Positions 1 to 14,756 of a stretch of DNA of 64,000 nucleotides are shown here, piece by piece (position 1 is the stretch's first letter; each line of letters opens with the position of its first letter). Under the pieces are notes generated by a model. It did no database searches and was not told the origin of the DNA. It saw only the letters and a program-made list of their open reading frames with translations. The stretch is from Proteromonas lacertae (Eukaryota): NCBI GenBank assembly GCA_002245135.1, contig NGBS01001161.1:434001-498000 (forward strand), written 5' to 3'. The position numbers and the translations under genes are program-made.

Positions 1-445
1 ACACCACGTCCATTGACAGAGAGACAGCTGTTTTTGTTGATGAGATGTTTAGATAATGATTTTAGTAGAACAATTGAAAAGGATGAATTTTTGTATTTCT
101 TTAAAGTTGTGTTTGCCCAAAGACTAAAAGAATTGAAAGATAAAGAATATGAATTGTTTAGTATTGCAGGATTGCAAGATAACAGTTTTATAAATGAGTA
201 CTATTTATATGCTTTACAAGAGAAAAGGAAACAAATAGAAAGAATGTTATACAAATCATTTCCAAAACAGGCAAAATATATTGTTGAATTTGCACATGTT
301 ACACTGCCTGGTCCTTATGCTGCTATTCTTTATAAAATGAAAATGTTACCACAAGATGTAGAGAATGAAATCGGAGGAGTTTTTGTCGATTTAGAAATGA
401 GAAATGATGTTAAGAAAGAAAGAAATGATGAGACTGATTCACATA

Positions 446-477
<32 letters not shown>

Positions 478-957
478 ATTTTACATCCTAATAAAAAGAA
501 ACACAATGATTCTCTCTTTAATACAGCTAATACTATAGAATCAAAAATAGATTATTCAGAAGAAAAGGAAGAAAAATATGGAGAAGATGAAAAAGAAGAA
601 CAAGAAGAAGAAGATGATGATGATGAACCTCCACCATCTGAAGATGCTTTTATTAAGGGAATTATAAAAACTGAAATGAGAAAACTAAAACCCAAAATAA
701 ACCCAAACACTAACAGTAGAAAGGATAGGAGAAAGATAAAAATGTCAGACATTCAGTTAGCTAGAAAAGGTCACAATGAATTAAGTAGATTCAGATTAAA
801 TCCTGATCAAGCTCCTCACTCAAGAGCTAGAACTCAGAAGAAAGGTCCAAGAGGTCAAGAAAGTTCACATATACCATTTCAGGTTGTTATAGGAGGTGAA
901 GATGAGTTTTTAATTCCTGATTATGAAAGTGGAAGACTACCTAATTCATATGTGTAA
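1..957 (+). CDS. 3' part of a hypothetical protein with an EF-hand-like motif and acidic/low-complexity C-terminus (5' end outside the window)
   Basis: Open frame to TAA 955-957; LDNDFSRTIEKDEF resembles an EF-hand loop; poly-D/E tracts. Confidence 0.55.
448..477 (+). repeat. (GAT)10 coding microsatellite (poly-Asp)
   Basis: Seen directly in sequence. Confidence 0.9.
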
Positions 958-1039
958 TTTATATATTGTAAGAATTATTTTGTATTATGCGAACAACAAC
1001 AACAACTTCATAAACATAAGAAATGATAAAAACGAAAAT

Positions 1040-4017
1040 TTAAATTTTAGCCTTTTTCTCAGCTTGATCAAAGCTTTTCGTCATTCTATCTTCATACTTT
1101 CTTTTCATATTCTTAGTATAAACCATATCAAAACCAATACTCTTCTTAATTTGAACTAAAGAATCTCTAATATGTTCTTTCAAAAACAACAAAATTGGTT
1201 GAAGTTCTCTACTCACTAAAATAGTCTTATAATGTATTTTAAGCAATAGATAAATAGATCTACTAACTAACTCAACTTCATCACTGTTATTCTCAACATA
1301 ATACCTAAAATATTCAAACAGTGTTTCAACTAAAGTGAATGGTAAAATCAAAAAGCAACTTTCAAGTTCACTACTTGGAATAGATTTCAAAATTTTCAAA
1401 ATATATTTCTCACAACTCAAACCCATCAATTTGATATTTCCTTTTGGTGGATTTAATAAAGGAGGTAATACTTCATTGTTATTCTTTAACAATTCTCTTT
1501 TTCTTTTCTCTTCATCAGTTAATGCATTTTCAGCTTCTTTTAAATCCTCTAAATATGCCTCATACTTTGCTTTTTCTTTTTTAACTAAATCTAAACCATC
1601 AATCAATCTTTCAGCAGATTTTACACTTTCAGTTGTTTTACTAGCAGCAGTATCTGCATCACCAACTGTTTCATTGACTAATCCGTGATTATTCTCATTC
1701 TCTAATTCTTTTTCAAACTTTTTTTCTTCTTCTATTTCTCTTTCTTCATCTGGAAATACCATTTCATCAGTTCTACTCCAATATCTAATACTTTTATCAT
1801 GACCACATGTAACAACATAATCACCAAGATAACTAACACATAAACTCCAAATCTCACCTACATGAGATGGTAATGTTAATATTAATTCAAAATTATCTGC
1901 ATTCCAATACTTCATTATTCCATCCTTAGAACAACTGAAAAAGTAGTGTGTATTATTCACGAAACTAACATTTGTGATTGAATCTGCATGTGCGAATATT
2001 GATTTATGACAATCTCCAAATGCTAAGCCCCATATTTTAATATTTTTATCAGCACTAGCAGTAACAACTAATAAATTATCACTAGACACTGATAAGTTCA
2101 AAACTGGTAATTTATGTCCATATAATGAAATAACAAACTTTAAAGAATCATCATAAAATACTTTGACAGTATTATCCAATAGTGAAACTAAGATTAATAA
2201 CTCTTTAGAATTCATATGATGACTATATTTAACACATAATACATCATGTGACATCTCTAATGTTCTGGTATGAACAATATTAATCTGTTTCTTTAGAGAT
2301 CCTTCTACTTGCACTAAATCAAAGTAAAATAAAAATGAAGGAAATAATAATTAAATATATAATTATATATTTAAAAAAAATGATATATTCCAAAATTTAA
2401 CATTATGATCTGCTCCACCAGTCATTATTCCTTTATGATCAGGTCTAATATCAATACTCCAAATACTACCATCATGACCAACAATATCCTGTATAATATC
2501 ACCTGTATTAATATCATATAATATAATATGACCTGATTTTGTACCTACAATACAGTAATTATTACCTGGTAAGAAGGATGAACATAATGGATAATCACAT
2601 TCCATTGTTCTAATACATTCGAATGTTCTAATATTCCATATTTTAATATAATTGTTACAGGTTGAAAGTAATGTTTGATCATCTGAACTAATACAGAGTG
2701 AGCGAATATCTGAAGAATGACCCTATAGATATATATAATAATAATAATAAATATATACAGGAATGCTAAGATTATATATTTGTGAAGTAGCTGATTCTTT
2801 ATCATCACACAATTTGATATTAAACACTGTCATTGAATTATTCATAAAACATACTAATAATTCACATTCATCATCTTCATTATTATTATTATCACTATTT
2901 ACCATTGAATCAGATAAACAACATGTTTTAATCTTATAATTTGTATGTAAAACTGTATAATTCATAATATATTCTACTTTCTGTAAATTGTTGATATTAT
3001 CATTATTTTCTTGTTGTTGTTGTTGTTTTTCTTCATTCTTCTTTGTTGTGATATCAATACTATTTCTTCTCTCTACATTCATTGATAAATCAATACTTTC
3101 TCGTCTTTCCTTCCTTTGTTTTTCTCTTAATCTTTTCTCTTTACGATGTAATCTCTTTTCCAACTCTTTATCGTTTAATATTTTATATATTTCTACAGTC
3201 TTACCTGAGCATTGACATATTAGTATCCTTCCATTATTACTAAATTGTAAATTGTCGACTTTATTACCATTTTCTCTTGTTAAATAACCATCTTCTTCAA
3301 TTGGATTATCTTCTTTCTCATTTTTATATTTCCACACTCTAATTAAACTCTCTTTACTTGCTGTTACAATTATATTGTTATATATTGCTAAACACCATAT
3401 CTCACCTCTATGACCTACTATGGTTTGAATACAGCTTTGAGTATCAATATCCCATAACTTCATTAATCCATCTTTTGATATTGATATTAATCTTTTATCA
3501 CCATTTATATATTTAACACCAGTAATTGCATTGTTATGACCTTTTAGACGACATACTCCAGTTTCACTAACTAAATCCCATATAACGATAGTATTATCTG
3601 TCGAACCTATTTATTATACTAATTAAAATATACCTGACACTAAACTAACACCTGTAGAATCAAAAGTTAAACAGGTAATTGATCCATGATGACCTTTGAA
3701 TGTAACAACAGATTCTGCTGTATTAATATTGAATAATTGGATTGAACCATTATCATATCCAACAGCTAATATGTCTGATTTAGGAGATCGAGTTACAAAA
3801 GTAACTGTGTTTTCTGATTTGAATATTTTCATCTATAAAATGATTGTATATAATAAGAATATACATTATTGCCTGTCCTTACATTCCAAAATAAAACATC
3901 GCTAACTCCTCCAGATACAGCAATTTTATCTTTACTATCATACAGACAGTTAGAAGCATAAGGACATATAATGCCAAATGTGTTGTTTAAACTATACCTT
4001 AAGTAGGTTTTAACCAT
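1040..4017 (-). CDS. UTP12: U3 snoRNP/SSU processome WD40 protein Utp12/Dip2/WDR3 (multi-exon)
   Basis: N-terminus MVKTYLRY; many WD40 repeats (LYGHKLPVL, SADKNIKIWGLAFGDCHKSIFAHADSI); C-terminal Utp12-like helix (IPSSELESCFLILPF); short introns, e.g. 3833-3864 joins in frame. Confidence 0.92.
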
Positions 4018-4110
4018 TCAAAAATGAAAATGACAAACAGGCTTGGTATGTGTTTTTGATGTTTTTAAAGGATTCAAAGTCTTATTTTATCTTATTGTTA
4101 CTGATAATTA

Positions 4111-4954
4111 ATGTCGTTAAAAGTGATCATTTCAAAGCATCTGAACATCGTAAAGTAGAACTGCTATGAGGGAGAAGGTGACTATAGTATCATTAATTTC
4201 TCATAAATAGTTCATGAAACATCAACATTTAACGCGATGTCCACTTTGGCAGCTTTTGTTTTATTATTTTGGTGTATTATGGGAATTGTTTTGTGTAATT
4301 ATAAAAAGTATTCATGTAGATATAATACTGTAGAATATTTTGTTTTACTCAATCGGCATATATTCGAAAACAAATAAACAATACTCCAATTAGTCCAAAT
4401 GATCCATTAATCAATGGTTCTTCAAAGATTATTACATATTCACAGTTTTTATCATTATATCAGTATTTACCTTCCAAAACTCAAGTTACGCCCACAAGAA
4501 TGTTATTTCAAGCATCTACAGATGGATATTATTTGAAATCGTTATATAAGTATATATAATTCAATGTGTAAATATAACTAATAGCAAATGTAAATATACA
4601 TCAACACCTACTTTACTGCTTATTTTAACTGATTCTGAAGTAATTATTGGTTCTTATTTAAGTCATCCACCTTCCTATGAAATAAGAGATAGGGATGATG
4701 GAGAAACGTTCATTTTTAAGTTTAATAAAAGCAATGAGGTTAAATGTTATTATTGGACACATGACAACAGATTATTTACTTATTATACAGAGACTGAGTT
4801 ATGTATTGGGTGTGAAGGAGGTTATGCCATTTATTTGGACGAATATTTACATCATGGAAGTACACACTCTACTAGTACGTTTGGAAATCCAGCATTACAA
4901 GAAGAAGAACGTTTTATTTGTAGAGATATAGAAATTTGGTCGTTTGAATGGTAA
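4111..4954 (+). CDS. TLDc-domain (OXR1/NCOA7-like) protein, multi-exon; start approximate
   Basis: Manual translation: LFQASTDGYYLKSLY...LLLILTDSEVIIGSY...DGETFIFKF...IGCEGGYAIYLDEYLHHGSTHSTSTFGNPAL...IEIWSFEW*; frame not shown in ORF track. Confidence 0.8.
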
Positions 4955-5235
4955 TTTAAATAGTTTAAATGTTGTATATAAGTGTTATATAGTTTCTTTA
5001 TTTGTTGATTATTTAGTTTTTCAAATCAACAGGTCTAAAACAGCCATTTGCCTAAATATAAATGAATACATTCCTGCAATCATGAAATAAACAACTACAT
5101 TATAGTAGATCTTTATATATATTGAAAATAAAATTCAAATAAATTGAATGGTCAAGCCTTGATGTTCAGTTGAAAAAGACTTTAATAATTAACAATCATC
5201 TCTATCACTATACACTTTTCTCTTAGTTCTTGTTT

Positions 5236-6469
5236 ATGGCAGAGCTAAAGATTTTAGAAGAAATTTCTAGCTATGATAATGAAGATAAAATAGTATCAGT
5301 GTTAGAGGCAAACCATAGTCTTATTGTAACTGTTGATCAAGTATTTTTCTAATTTCACATTAAAATAGGATGGAAAAAATATAATACACTTTGCTGCTGA
5401 AAAAGGTTTAAGGAATGTAATAGCTTTTGTAATAAGCTACTTAACACGAACAAATGGTGAAGCATTGAAGAATATGTTTAATCCAGATAAAGTATATTAC
5501 TAAATTAATTTGTAGTTTGGTAATACACCACTTCATTACGCATGTATGAGTAATTCTGTTGAAACAATTAAGGATATAGCTGATTTTAGTCCAGATAAAA
5601 ATGCTTTAAATCAAGTATTAAATAGAATAATTTTATTCTAATAAAAATTAGGAACATAGAACTCCATTTTTTATATCCTCAATTCGCTGTGGAATGACAG
5701 TCTTAGATTACTGTCTCAATGCCTTCAAGCCAGATGTACAATTAACCGATGTTCGTGGTGCAAATGTATTACATTGGGCAGTTCGTGAAGGTAATGAAGA
5801 GAAGATTAGTTACTTGATGGATATAGGTGTAAATATAAATGCACCTGCTTTAGATAACAGAACTCCGTGTGATGTACCATCTAAAAATCCTTCACTTAGA
5901 CCAGATGATGGTATATTAAAAACAATGAAAGAAAAACAAGAAATTATTAAAGTATGTTTGCTTATATATATACATATTATAAATAGCTTGCATTTAAAGC
6001 AATCAAGAATGGTAGTACTGATATAAAATTAGCATTTAGTTACGAGAAGTATTTAGATGAATATGGTTGTACATTACTTCATCAATGTGCTAAATGTAAT
6101 AACTTAGCAATAGCTGAAAGATTTGTTCAATACATACACAATAATGATAAAGATATATTTGGTAGAACACCATTAAGATGTGCTATTGTATATGAATCAT
6201 CACCTGCATTAACACAGTTATTTAAAGATAATCAAGGAGTATCATTTGAATTGAGAGAACCAAATGTATTTTATCATTTTTATATATATTTTATTTTTTA
6301 TTTATTTATAGATAAAAGGTGAAGAAGCAAATCATGTTCAATTTACTAATACTTCGTCGTCTTCATCAGCTACAACAACAGGTAATACAAATACTGGTGG
6401 AACAACTGCTTCAAATACAATGCCAATGAATAATAATGGAAATGTTTTACCTTCTAATAATAGTATTCC

Positions 6470-6503
<34 letters not shown>

Positions 6504-6643
6504 CCTCAATCAGCATATATTGATCCAATGATCAATCAGAGTATTATAAGAAATAATAATAATAATCCAACATCAAATCAACAACAACAACAACCAACTG
6601 TTAATATAACTCCATTACAAACACAACCATCAGTACCAATGTC

Positions 6644-6674
<31 letters not shown>

Positions 6675-6880
6675 CTGAATATGATGCAAAATCAAGGAGT
6701 TAGTTCACCTTCTAATTCATCAGTGAATAAAATCGTTACCAATGGTAGTCAAAGTCCGTTGCATCAATCTCAGCCACAACAACAGCAACAACAAAATATT
6801 GTACAAAATATTCCAGTGTCTAATACACAACCAATACAAAGAGTACCTTCTCAACAAATGCAAACTGTTATTCCTCCAAT

Positions 6881-6925
<45 letters not shown>

Positions 6926-7445
6926 GAATAATCAATTATCATTATCATCATCTGCGCCACTACCACAACAACAGCAACCTATTCAACAACATCAGCAACC
7001 TATTCAACAACCAATTCAACCACCACAACCAATACAACAACAACAGCAACCATCAATACCTCCATTAAATATGCAAATGCCTATTATACAACAACCACAA
7101 ATCACTCCAAATTCATCTCAAACTATTCAATTACAACCACAACAATTACAACAACAACCATCATCTCAAGATCCATCTCAATTAACTCAAATGCCATTAT
7201 CACCATCACCAATGCCACAACCATCTCCATCTACTAATACTGCTAATACATTATCACCACCTCAAGCACCTAAACTATCAACTTCCTCTGAGATTAGTCC
7301 ACCAAATAACTCTACAGCCACTACTACTAGTAGTATTACATCAAGATTAACTGCTGAAGAAGATGTAAAATTGATTGATACAGTAAGACAATTTTTAACA
7401 TCGATAGATTTACAATCATATATTGATATTCTTGAACAAAATGTA

Positions 7446-7491
<46 letters not shown>

Positions 7492-8314
7492 GGGAATATA
7501 TTGGGTAGCCCAATTGATAGAACAGAAAGAGAATTTACAGAATTACATCACTAAAGAAGGTCATTTAAGAGAAGTAAAGAAATATCTTACTAATTTACCA
7601 GGATGTATATATATATATTATTAAAATTAATATAATTTATTAGTTAATGATCCAGTTCCATCATTTTTAAAACAGCATAATCTTTCCAACTATACAAACG
7701 CATTTAAAGATGCAAAGATAGATACATCCTTAAGGTTAAATCTATTAAAAGATTGTGATTTAGAAAAAATAGGCGTTAAAAAAGGTCATAGAAAGGACAT
7801 ATTACATAATATAACACCGCCAAATCCTAATCAAAATCCAATGAATTTATCATCAATGGAATATGATTTATTTTTAGCAATACTTCGAATTAGTCCATCT
7901 AAGAATGCTCTAATAGAAAATGGATATGATAAAATACCATTATTAGCTAATCTAGATGATGAAACTTGTCTCAAATATGGAATTAAACTTGGAGATTTTA
8001 GACAAATTGAATATGAATTAGGTGATATTATAAAACAGAAGAAAGATGAAGAAACTGTTGAAAAAGAATCTGAACCACCAAGTCCTTCTCCTACTGTTGA
8101 TTTGAGGAAAGTAAGTATTGATAATGGGTTAGGTGATTATATTGATACATTGTTAGAGAATGGATATGATACTTTAGAGAGAATTAAGGATATTAGTAAA
8201 AGTGATCTTGAAGATATGGGTATTGAAGATGAATATTTTGATGATATATTGAATAAAATACAGAATTTAACACCAAAGAGAATATCAAAATCTGCAATTC
8301 TTAGTTCTACATAA
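5236..8314 (+). CDS. Ankyrin-repeat + Q/P/N-rich linker + four SAM-like domains (multi-exon)
   Basis: Ankyrin motifs GKNIIHFAA, GNTPLHYAC, GANVLHWAV, GRTPLRCA; SAM-like FLTSIDLQSYIDIL, FLKQHNLSNY...DLEKIGVKKGHR, CLKYGIKLG, GLGDYIDTLLENGYD...DLEDMGI. Confidence 0.8.
6882..6926 (+). repeat. (CAA)n poly-Gln microsatellite (further CAA and AAT tracts at about 6470-6503 and 6644-6673)
   Basis: Seen directly. Confidence 0.9.
7443..7492 (+). repeat. Intron made almost entirely of (TAT)n microsatellite
   Basis: GT at 7443, AG at 7491-7492, TAT repeats between. Confidence 0.8.
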
Positions 8315-8600
8315 ATACAAAAATAACTTTGACTTTTTTTATGTTAAAAATATATAAATATTAGTTATATGTTTGTGGTTGTTAAAATAATGAGAAGTCT
8401 TTTACTCATTTCTAAAAATGTCTTTAGCAGTTATAATGAATAATTAATTGTTCTAATTTTGTATGTCTAGTATCAACAATATTGACTGAAATATTATACT
8501 TCATTTTAGTAACGGTCGTGTCAAACTTTCTTCAATTCTATTTTTTTCATAGTTTTAGTTTCTTATTATATCTTCTCTTTATTTCATATATTTTCGATAC

Positions 8601-9543
8601 ATGGGTAACTGCAATACATCAAATCCATTCTATCTTATGAAAAGATTTGATAATTCAACTGCAAGCTCAACAAATCGTAAAATATACATTTTATATAATC
8701 TCTAGAGAATGATGTTGCATTTGGTTACACTAATCTACCTCTGCATGGTCATACTGCTAATTGGGTTTCTTTACTCAACGTCCCTAGTGTACATCAATAA
8801 AAATATCATATATGTGTTATAGGTCATATCAGGATATTTGTATACAGTTGTTATTCGGCTAGGGCAAAGGCCGCTTGGATATGGTGAGAATTGTTATGTT
8901 TTAGTGTATTATATATTCTAAAAATAATTGATAGATGTGAAAAGGTAATAGAAAATGGCGGTAATAATCCTGATACGCTTTTAAAGCCATATAGAATTAA
9001 TCAAATAGCAAAGTAGGTTTATTTTTAAATATTTCTTTCTCATTCACATTATATCTAGATTAAATCTAAAAACTACAGAAGATTATGTCAAAAAGAATCA
9101 ATATATTGATCTATATAGTCAAAGGGTCAAAATAAAAAGTGGAGAGGTAAAAATAATCATTCTTATAATCATTCTTTTAATAGTATGTAGCAATACTAAA
9201 CGAAGATGGACCTTTGTGTATAACTTTTAGAACAGGTCAAGGGTATTATTTGTATTTATATTTTATATATAGATGTCATGGCAAATGGGCTGGTCAATCA
9301 GGCACTTTGTTGAATATGAGTGCTGGATCAACATTTACACCACATTGGGCAGGTGAATCCTACGAATATGGTTGGTATCCTACAGTGTTACCAGAAGGAT
9401 GGATGCGCCATGGTTGGTTAATACTATTAAGAGAACTATACATCAACAAAAGAATATTTCCCTCTGTATACACCCCTCTTGATATTATTGCTTTGTTAAG
9501 ATCACCTGATTGTGTATTTTATACAACTATACAATATTTGTAA
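8601..9543 (+). CDS. Hypothetical multi-exon protein with Trp/Gly-rich C-terminal region; start uncertain
   Basis: Coding-like exons separated by about 30-nt GT-AG introns; CHGKWAGQSG...HWAGESYEYGWYPTVLPEGWMRHGW; TGTTTGTT at 9553-9560 just after stop. Confidence 0.55.
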
Positions 9544-9552
9544 ATATGAATT

Positions 9553-9560
9553 TGTTTGTT
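9553..9560 (+). promoter_or_regulatory. TGTTTGTT, Blastocystis-type 3'-end/polyadenylation-associated motif
   Basis: Exact motif 10 nt after stop codon 9541-9543; another exact copy on - strand at 57528-57535 downstream of the TPR gene. Confidence 0.5.
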
Positions 9561-9725
9561 TTGTGATTTCTATTATAATATATCTACATAACATCAGAAC
9601 ATAATAATGGCATTTAAATATCCTTCAGTCTGCTTGATCCCTCTAAAAAAGAAAAAGAAATATTTGAAACGAATATACTTGGCTTGAGATTAAAAATCGT
9701 TTTTTTATATTTTTCTTTTATTTAA

Positions 9726-11789
9726 ATGGATGAGCCTCCAGAACCACAATTAACTCGAGAAGAGAGAATTGCCATGAGAAAAAAGAGAGTAGAAGATAGG
9801 AAGAATGCTGCAAATACTGTGAAGTATAAAATTGATTTATACTTTTCTGTAGAGTAGAAAAAGTAGAAGAAATAAAGCCAGAACAATTAACAACTGGTTA
9901 CCAACAGTTGGCTGATAGTTTAGCCGCTTTAGATAACTGCAAAGAAAGAACAATCGATAATGTAACATCAATAAGAGTAACAGCTGAAGATAATGAAACC
10001 AAACGTAGAATTACAGAAGCAGATCATAGACAACAACGTCTTGTAGCATTAGAAGAAGAAGCTTACAAAAGTGGTCAAGCAAATGCTGTTATAGATATGA
10101 AATGGAGTGAATTAGGTGAATACGAAACTCCAATGGCATTAAAGAAAGCAATTGATCAACAAAAAGCAGACTGTGATGCTGTTATAGCTTCAAAAGAGAA
10201 ATTAATTACAGATTTCACTGTATATATTATTGTTTTTATTAATATTATTATAATAGAATGAATTAAAAGCAAAAGATGAAGAATATGTAAAAGCATTATC
10301 TCAGTTTTCAAGAGATGTAAGAAATCTACTTCTTAATATGAAAAACCAATATATTGAATTGCAGAGAGAATATGAAGTAGAATTTGCAAGAATAGAAGAT
10401 GCATTTTTAGCAGAAAGAGAAGAAAGATTAAAGAAAAATAAAGAAGAATTAGATGGATTATTCAAAGCCAGAAAAGATAGTGAATTAAAGTATTTAGAAG
10501 ATAGACAGAATAGAACTAAAGCATTTATGAAAGAAATGGATGATATAAGACGTCAAGATGATGAAGCTTATACTCAATTAAAAATAGACTTAGAAAATAA
10601 AATTCAAGAGTTAGAGCAACAATTAGAAGAAATGAGATCAACTTATCAATTAAATACTGAAAAATTAGAATATAATTACAGAGTATTAAATGAAAGAGAA
10701 ATGGAAAATACAGCTACTTTATTACAACAAAAGAAAAAAGAAAGTAAATTAAAAGAAACTTTAAATTCATTAATACAAAAATACAATGAAACGGACAAAA
10801 AATTAAAAGCAGAAAATCAGAAATTATCTGATGAATTTTTACAAATGACCAAAGCATATAATGACTTACAGAAGAAAACAAAACATTTCTTATCCTCTGA
10901 TAATCAAATATATCAACAAGTATGGGCAATGCATCATGAAAGTATATGTAAAAACATGGAAAAAGCAATGCAAGCTTATACAGTAGTAGCTGAACTGCAA
11001 ATGGGATTGAAATGGGAATCTCCATCAATGGATACTTTATTAGATGGGTTAGTGGAAAATCCTGAAGAATTTGAAAGACAACAAATGTTATTACAACAGC
11101 AAGCTGAAGAAGGTAAAGAAACTGAAGAGGAAAGAGATAATAGAATAAGAACAGCAAAAGTAGAATATGTATTTTCTTTGTTATATAAAGAATGCCCATT
11201 TTTAATTGAACAATCTGTAGTTGAAGAAATTCAATCATTTAAAAGTGAAGATCAGAATTATTTATTAAATGCAATGATGAGAAAATCATTAAATATAAAC
11301 AGTAAAGAAGATGAAGAACTGTTAGTTAGTTTCTTCTTTGATAGTGAAACAGCAGCAACTGAGATTGAAGATGATAAAGAAGAAGAATCCATTGATATGG
11401 AGAAATTAGGATTTAATGTTCCACTTGATAAATTAGTAGAAGTCACAAAGAAATTCTTAGAGACTAAAGCCAAGAAAGATAAAGCAGCTGGATCAGTAAA
11501 ACACGGAATGACTACAGCATTAAATCAATTGGTACAGAAGAAAGAGGAGTTGATATTGTGGGAAAGATTTAGAGATATATTACCACCTAAAGTTAACAGA
11601 GTTTGGATTGCTATGGAGAAAGCATTAGAGAAATATAATGGAATATTAGCAGATAGAGCAAAATTGGCTGATGAAGTTGCTGGATTGACTCAACAGAATC
11701 AAGAATTGAAACAATTGTTACAACAATATTTGATATCTCCTGTTAATGAACAGTTGATTATTCCTCCTTCACAATATTTGATGTCTTAG
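9726..11789 (+). CDS. DRC1: Dynein regulatory complex subunit 1 (CCDC164)
   Basis: LEQQLEEMRSTYQLNTEKLEYNYRVL and C-terminal WIAMEKALEKYNGILADRAKL...QQNQELKQLLQQYL match DRC1 conserved segments; coiled coil; two short introns. Confidence 0.9.
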
Positions 11790-11987
11790 TTATATAATAA
11801 TAATAATAATATTAATATTGAATATATTGTTTTTTGTTTTTTAAATAAATAATATGAAATTAAATAATTGGATTGGTTAAAAGATGGAGGTATATAAGCA
11901 AAAACTATAGAATTATCACAAATACAAATATTAATTTTATAACTTCTATATTGATGTAATAAGAGAATCATTCAGATTATAATCTAT

Positions 11988-14734
11988 TTAATTACATGAA
12001 TTTTTTTTTAAACAATAATCTAAATAATATTCCACTTCTTCTTTTGTCCATAATATATTTTTCATTTCTATAAATGGATATTCTTCTTTTTCTAATGATT
12101 TTGAACAAATTGATTTTAATCCTTTCATTTTTATATTATTTCCTTTTAAATAAATTATTTTACATTGTCCAATTGAACCTAATGCATTTGTTAATAATAT
12201 TACACTTTCATCATTAATTGAGATATTACTCAAATTAATGTTGTATGAATAACAACCATCCTTTAACATATTTAAATTATTTAGTAATATCTTTAATCCA
12301 TTATTACCAATTGGATTATCTATTATTATACTATAGAAAATATACTATAAATTGACATCGTATTAAAGCTTCTCATATTCTTCATCAAATATTCCATTCC
12401 TTCTGAATCGATATTATTATCACATAAATAGAGTTTGTCAATGTATTTATTAATATTCTTTAAACCATCAACAAAATATTTCAATCCACTTGAAGATATA
12501 CCCATTCCTATAACACAATAAATGATGATAATAATAATACTTGAACAATCAATATCATTTTTGCAATTACAGTAACTTCTTAACAGATGTATATGTGTTG
12601 ATAATAATTTCATTCCTTCATCTCCAATTTCATTTCCACTTAAACTTATATGTGTTAGACTTGAAAAAGAAGACATATTATTTATTAATACTTCCACACT
12701 TTTGTGAGTAAGTTCATTGTCTAAATAAACTGAACATATCAAATTATACTATCTAAATATAAGCATTGGATCCCTCTAAATTCATTCGATCTCAATGAAA
12801 TGAATGATGAAAAGAAATCATCATCAATATCTAAATCCCTAAGATCTAATCCATTACTATATCTGATAAATTTCAATTCTGGAACATCTTTATCTATCAG
12901 TAATTCTTTATTTCTTTTTTTATCAAAATCAAATTCGACTTTCGAAATTGGAAATTTGGAGAATAAAGCTTTCAGTCCATTTGAATTGATATTTTTATTA
13001 TTTCTAATATCTATTCTTTTAAGATATGGATAGTTATATAATTCTTTTGATACTAATGTTATTGATTCATCATCCAAATTCATTTTAGAAAGGATTAATT
13101 CATTTTCGTTGTTGATTAACAAATGCAAATATGGTAATAACAATTTCAATCCTTCATAACCAATTGGTTTGCCTATTTCAATATAATATGTAATTTTGAA
13201 TAATAATACCATGAAGATCTATATACTTCAGCTTCATGATTAGAATTGATTTAATAAATGTTTCAATGAAATTATAAGTAATATTACATTCTGATAGATC
13301 TAATTCTTGAAGGTTTGATAAATGTTTAAAATATGATGCAAATAATGACTGATGTTGAATTGGAATATTAAAAAAATCATCATTACCATTATATATACCA
13401 TAAACATTATGTTTATCTAATTAAATACAAATTATAATAACAATACAAAATCTGAGTTTTGTGGGATTGATTATTTTCATTATTCTGAAGAAATAATCTA
13501 TTCCTTCTTCACAAAAACAAATACAATTTGGTCCAACATCTGTTCTTATTTCATCATCACTTTCACTATAAATAGATAAATTTAATATTATTTCATCTAA
13601 ATAGCAACCTTTGGCTTCTTCACATTTATGATATACTTGTGGTATTATCATCTCTTTGATTTTTTTTTCAGATGATTTTGTTAATATGATTGATAAAATT
13701 TCATCATTAAATTTAATATTATAAAATGACAAAAGATATTTTTGTATAACTATACATCAAAGTAAAATATTAATATACTATCATTATTTGTATTGTAATA
13801 CTTCATTGGAAATAATATTGGAAAATGAAGCAATTTATTATCATCATTATATAACAATTCTTTTCTTTCATTACACAACATTAATAAATGACTTTCATTT
13901 CTTCTAATTGTCTTTTTCAATAATAGAACTTTTATCTCTCTTAAACTCAATCTATCTTCAAGCTTCAATTTCAACATTCTTTTTATCATTTCTTTCATTT
14001 TTTCATCACATTCTACTTCAATATTGTACCTACATCTCTGGATATTATTCAAGGTGTTAAACATAATATTATCTTCATTGAATGGTAATTTCTTGTTTAT
14101 TATCTCATATAATATACAACCAATTGACCAAATCACACTTTTATCATTATATTCTAATCCATTCAACTCTTCTGGACTTTTGAAGCAAATATCATATATT
14201 CTAATATCCTCTTCTTTTCTCATTTCATTCAAGAATAAGTCACACACTTTTATATTTCCATCATCTTCATATATCACATTGGAACTCTTCAAATCACTTA
14301 TCATTATTCCATATTCACTCAATATCATCAATATATCACAAATTGATAGAATTACTTTACAAATATTATCAACTGAAAAGGTTTTACTTTGATTTAACCC
14401 CTCTAAATCTAGCATATAATAATCTCTTTCTAAAATCATCATATAACACCCGATGATCTGTATTTCTGAAGGATATGTAAAACATGAACAACAATCAAAT
14501 GGAAAATAATTATTGTCAATGAATTTCAATACCATTTTCTCTTTAATATCATCAATATTCAACATTTTAACAACTTTGCAGCTATTTTCATATTTAATTA
14601 CCATATCTACTTCATTTTCACTCTTTTCTATTCTCATTTTGATCTATTAATATATATGCTAAACATACTTCTAATTTCGATGATTTATATTTCAATATAT
14701 CTTCAATGTGATGATTTAAGGATGAAAATGACAT
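11988..14734 (-). CDS. NEK-like pseudokinase fused to RNI-type leucine-rich repeats, copy 1 (multi-exon; 3' end approximate)
   Basis: ATG 14734, intron 14644-14668; kinase motifs ISDLKSSN, KVCDLF, KSPEE, KSVIWSIGCILYE; LRRs LSGNEIGDEGMKLL, LCDNNIDSEG, LKGNNIKMKG. Confidence 0.75.
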
Positions 14735-14748
14735 TTCTGAAAATTAAG

Positions 14749-14756
14749 TCGTTTCA
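14749..14756 (-). promoter_or_regulatory. Candidate core-promoter motif TGAAACGA (other copies 9665+, 22625-, 26047-, 52341-)
   Basis: Exact 8-mer in sense orientation 15-55 nt upstream of five start codons. Confidence 0.5.
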
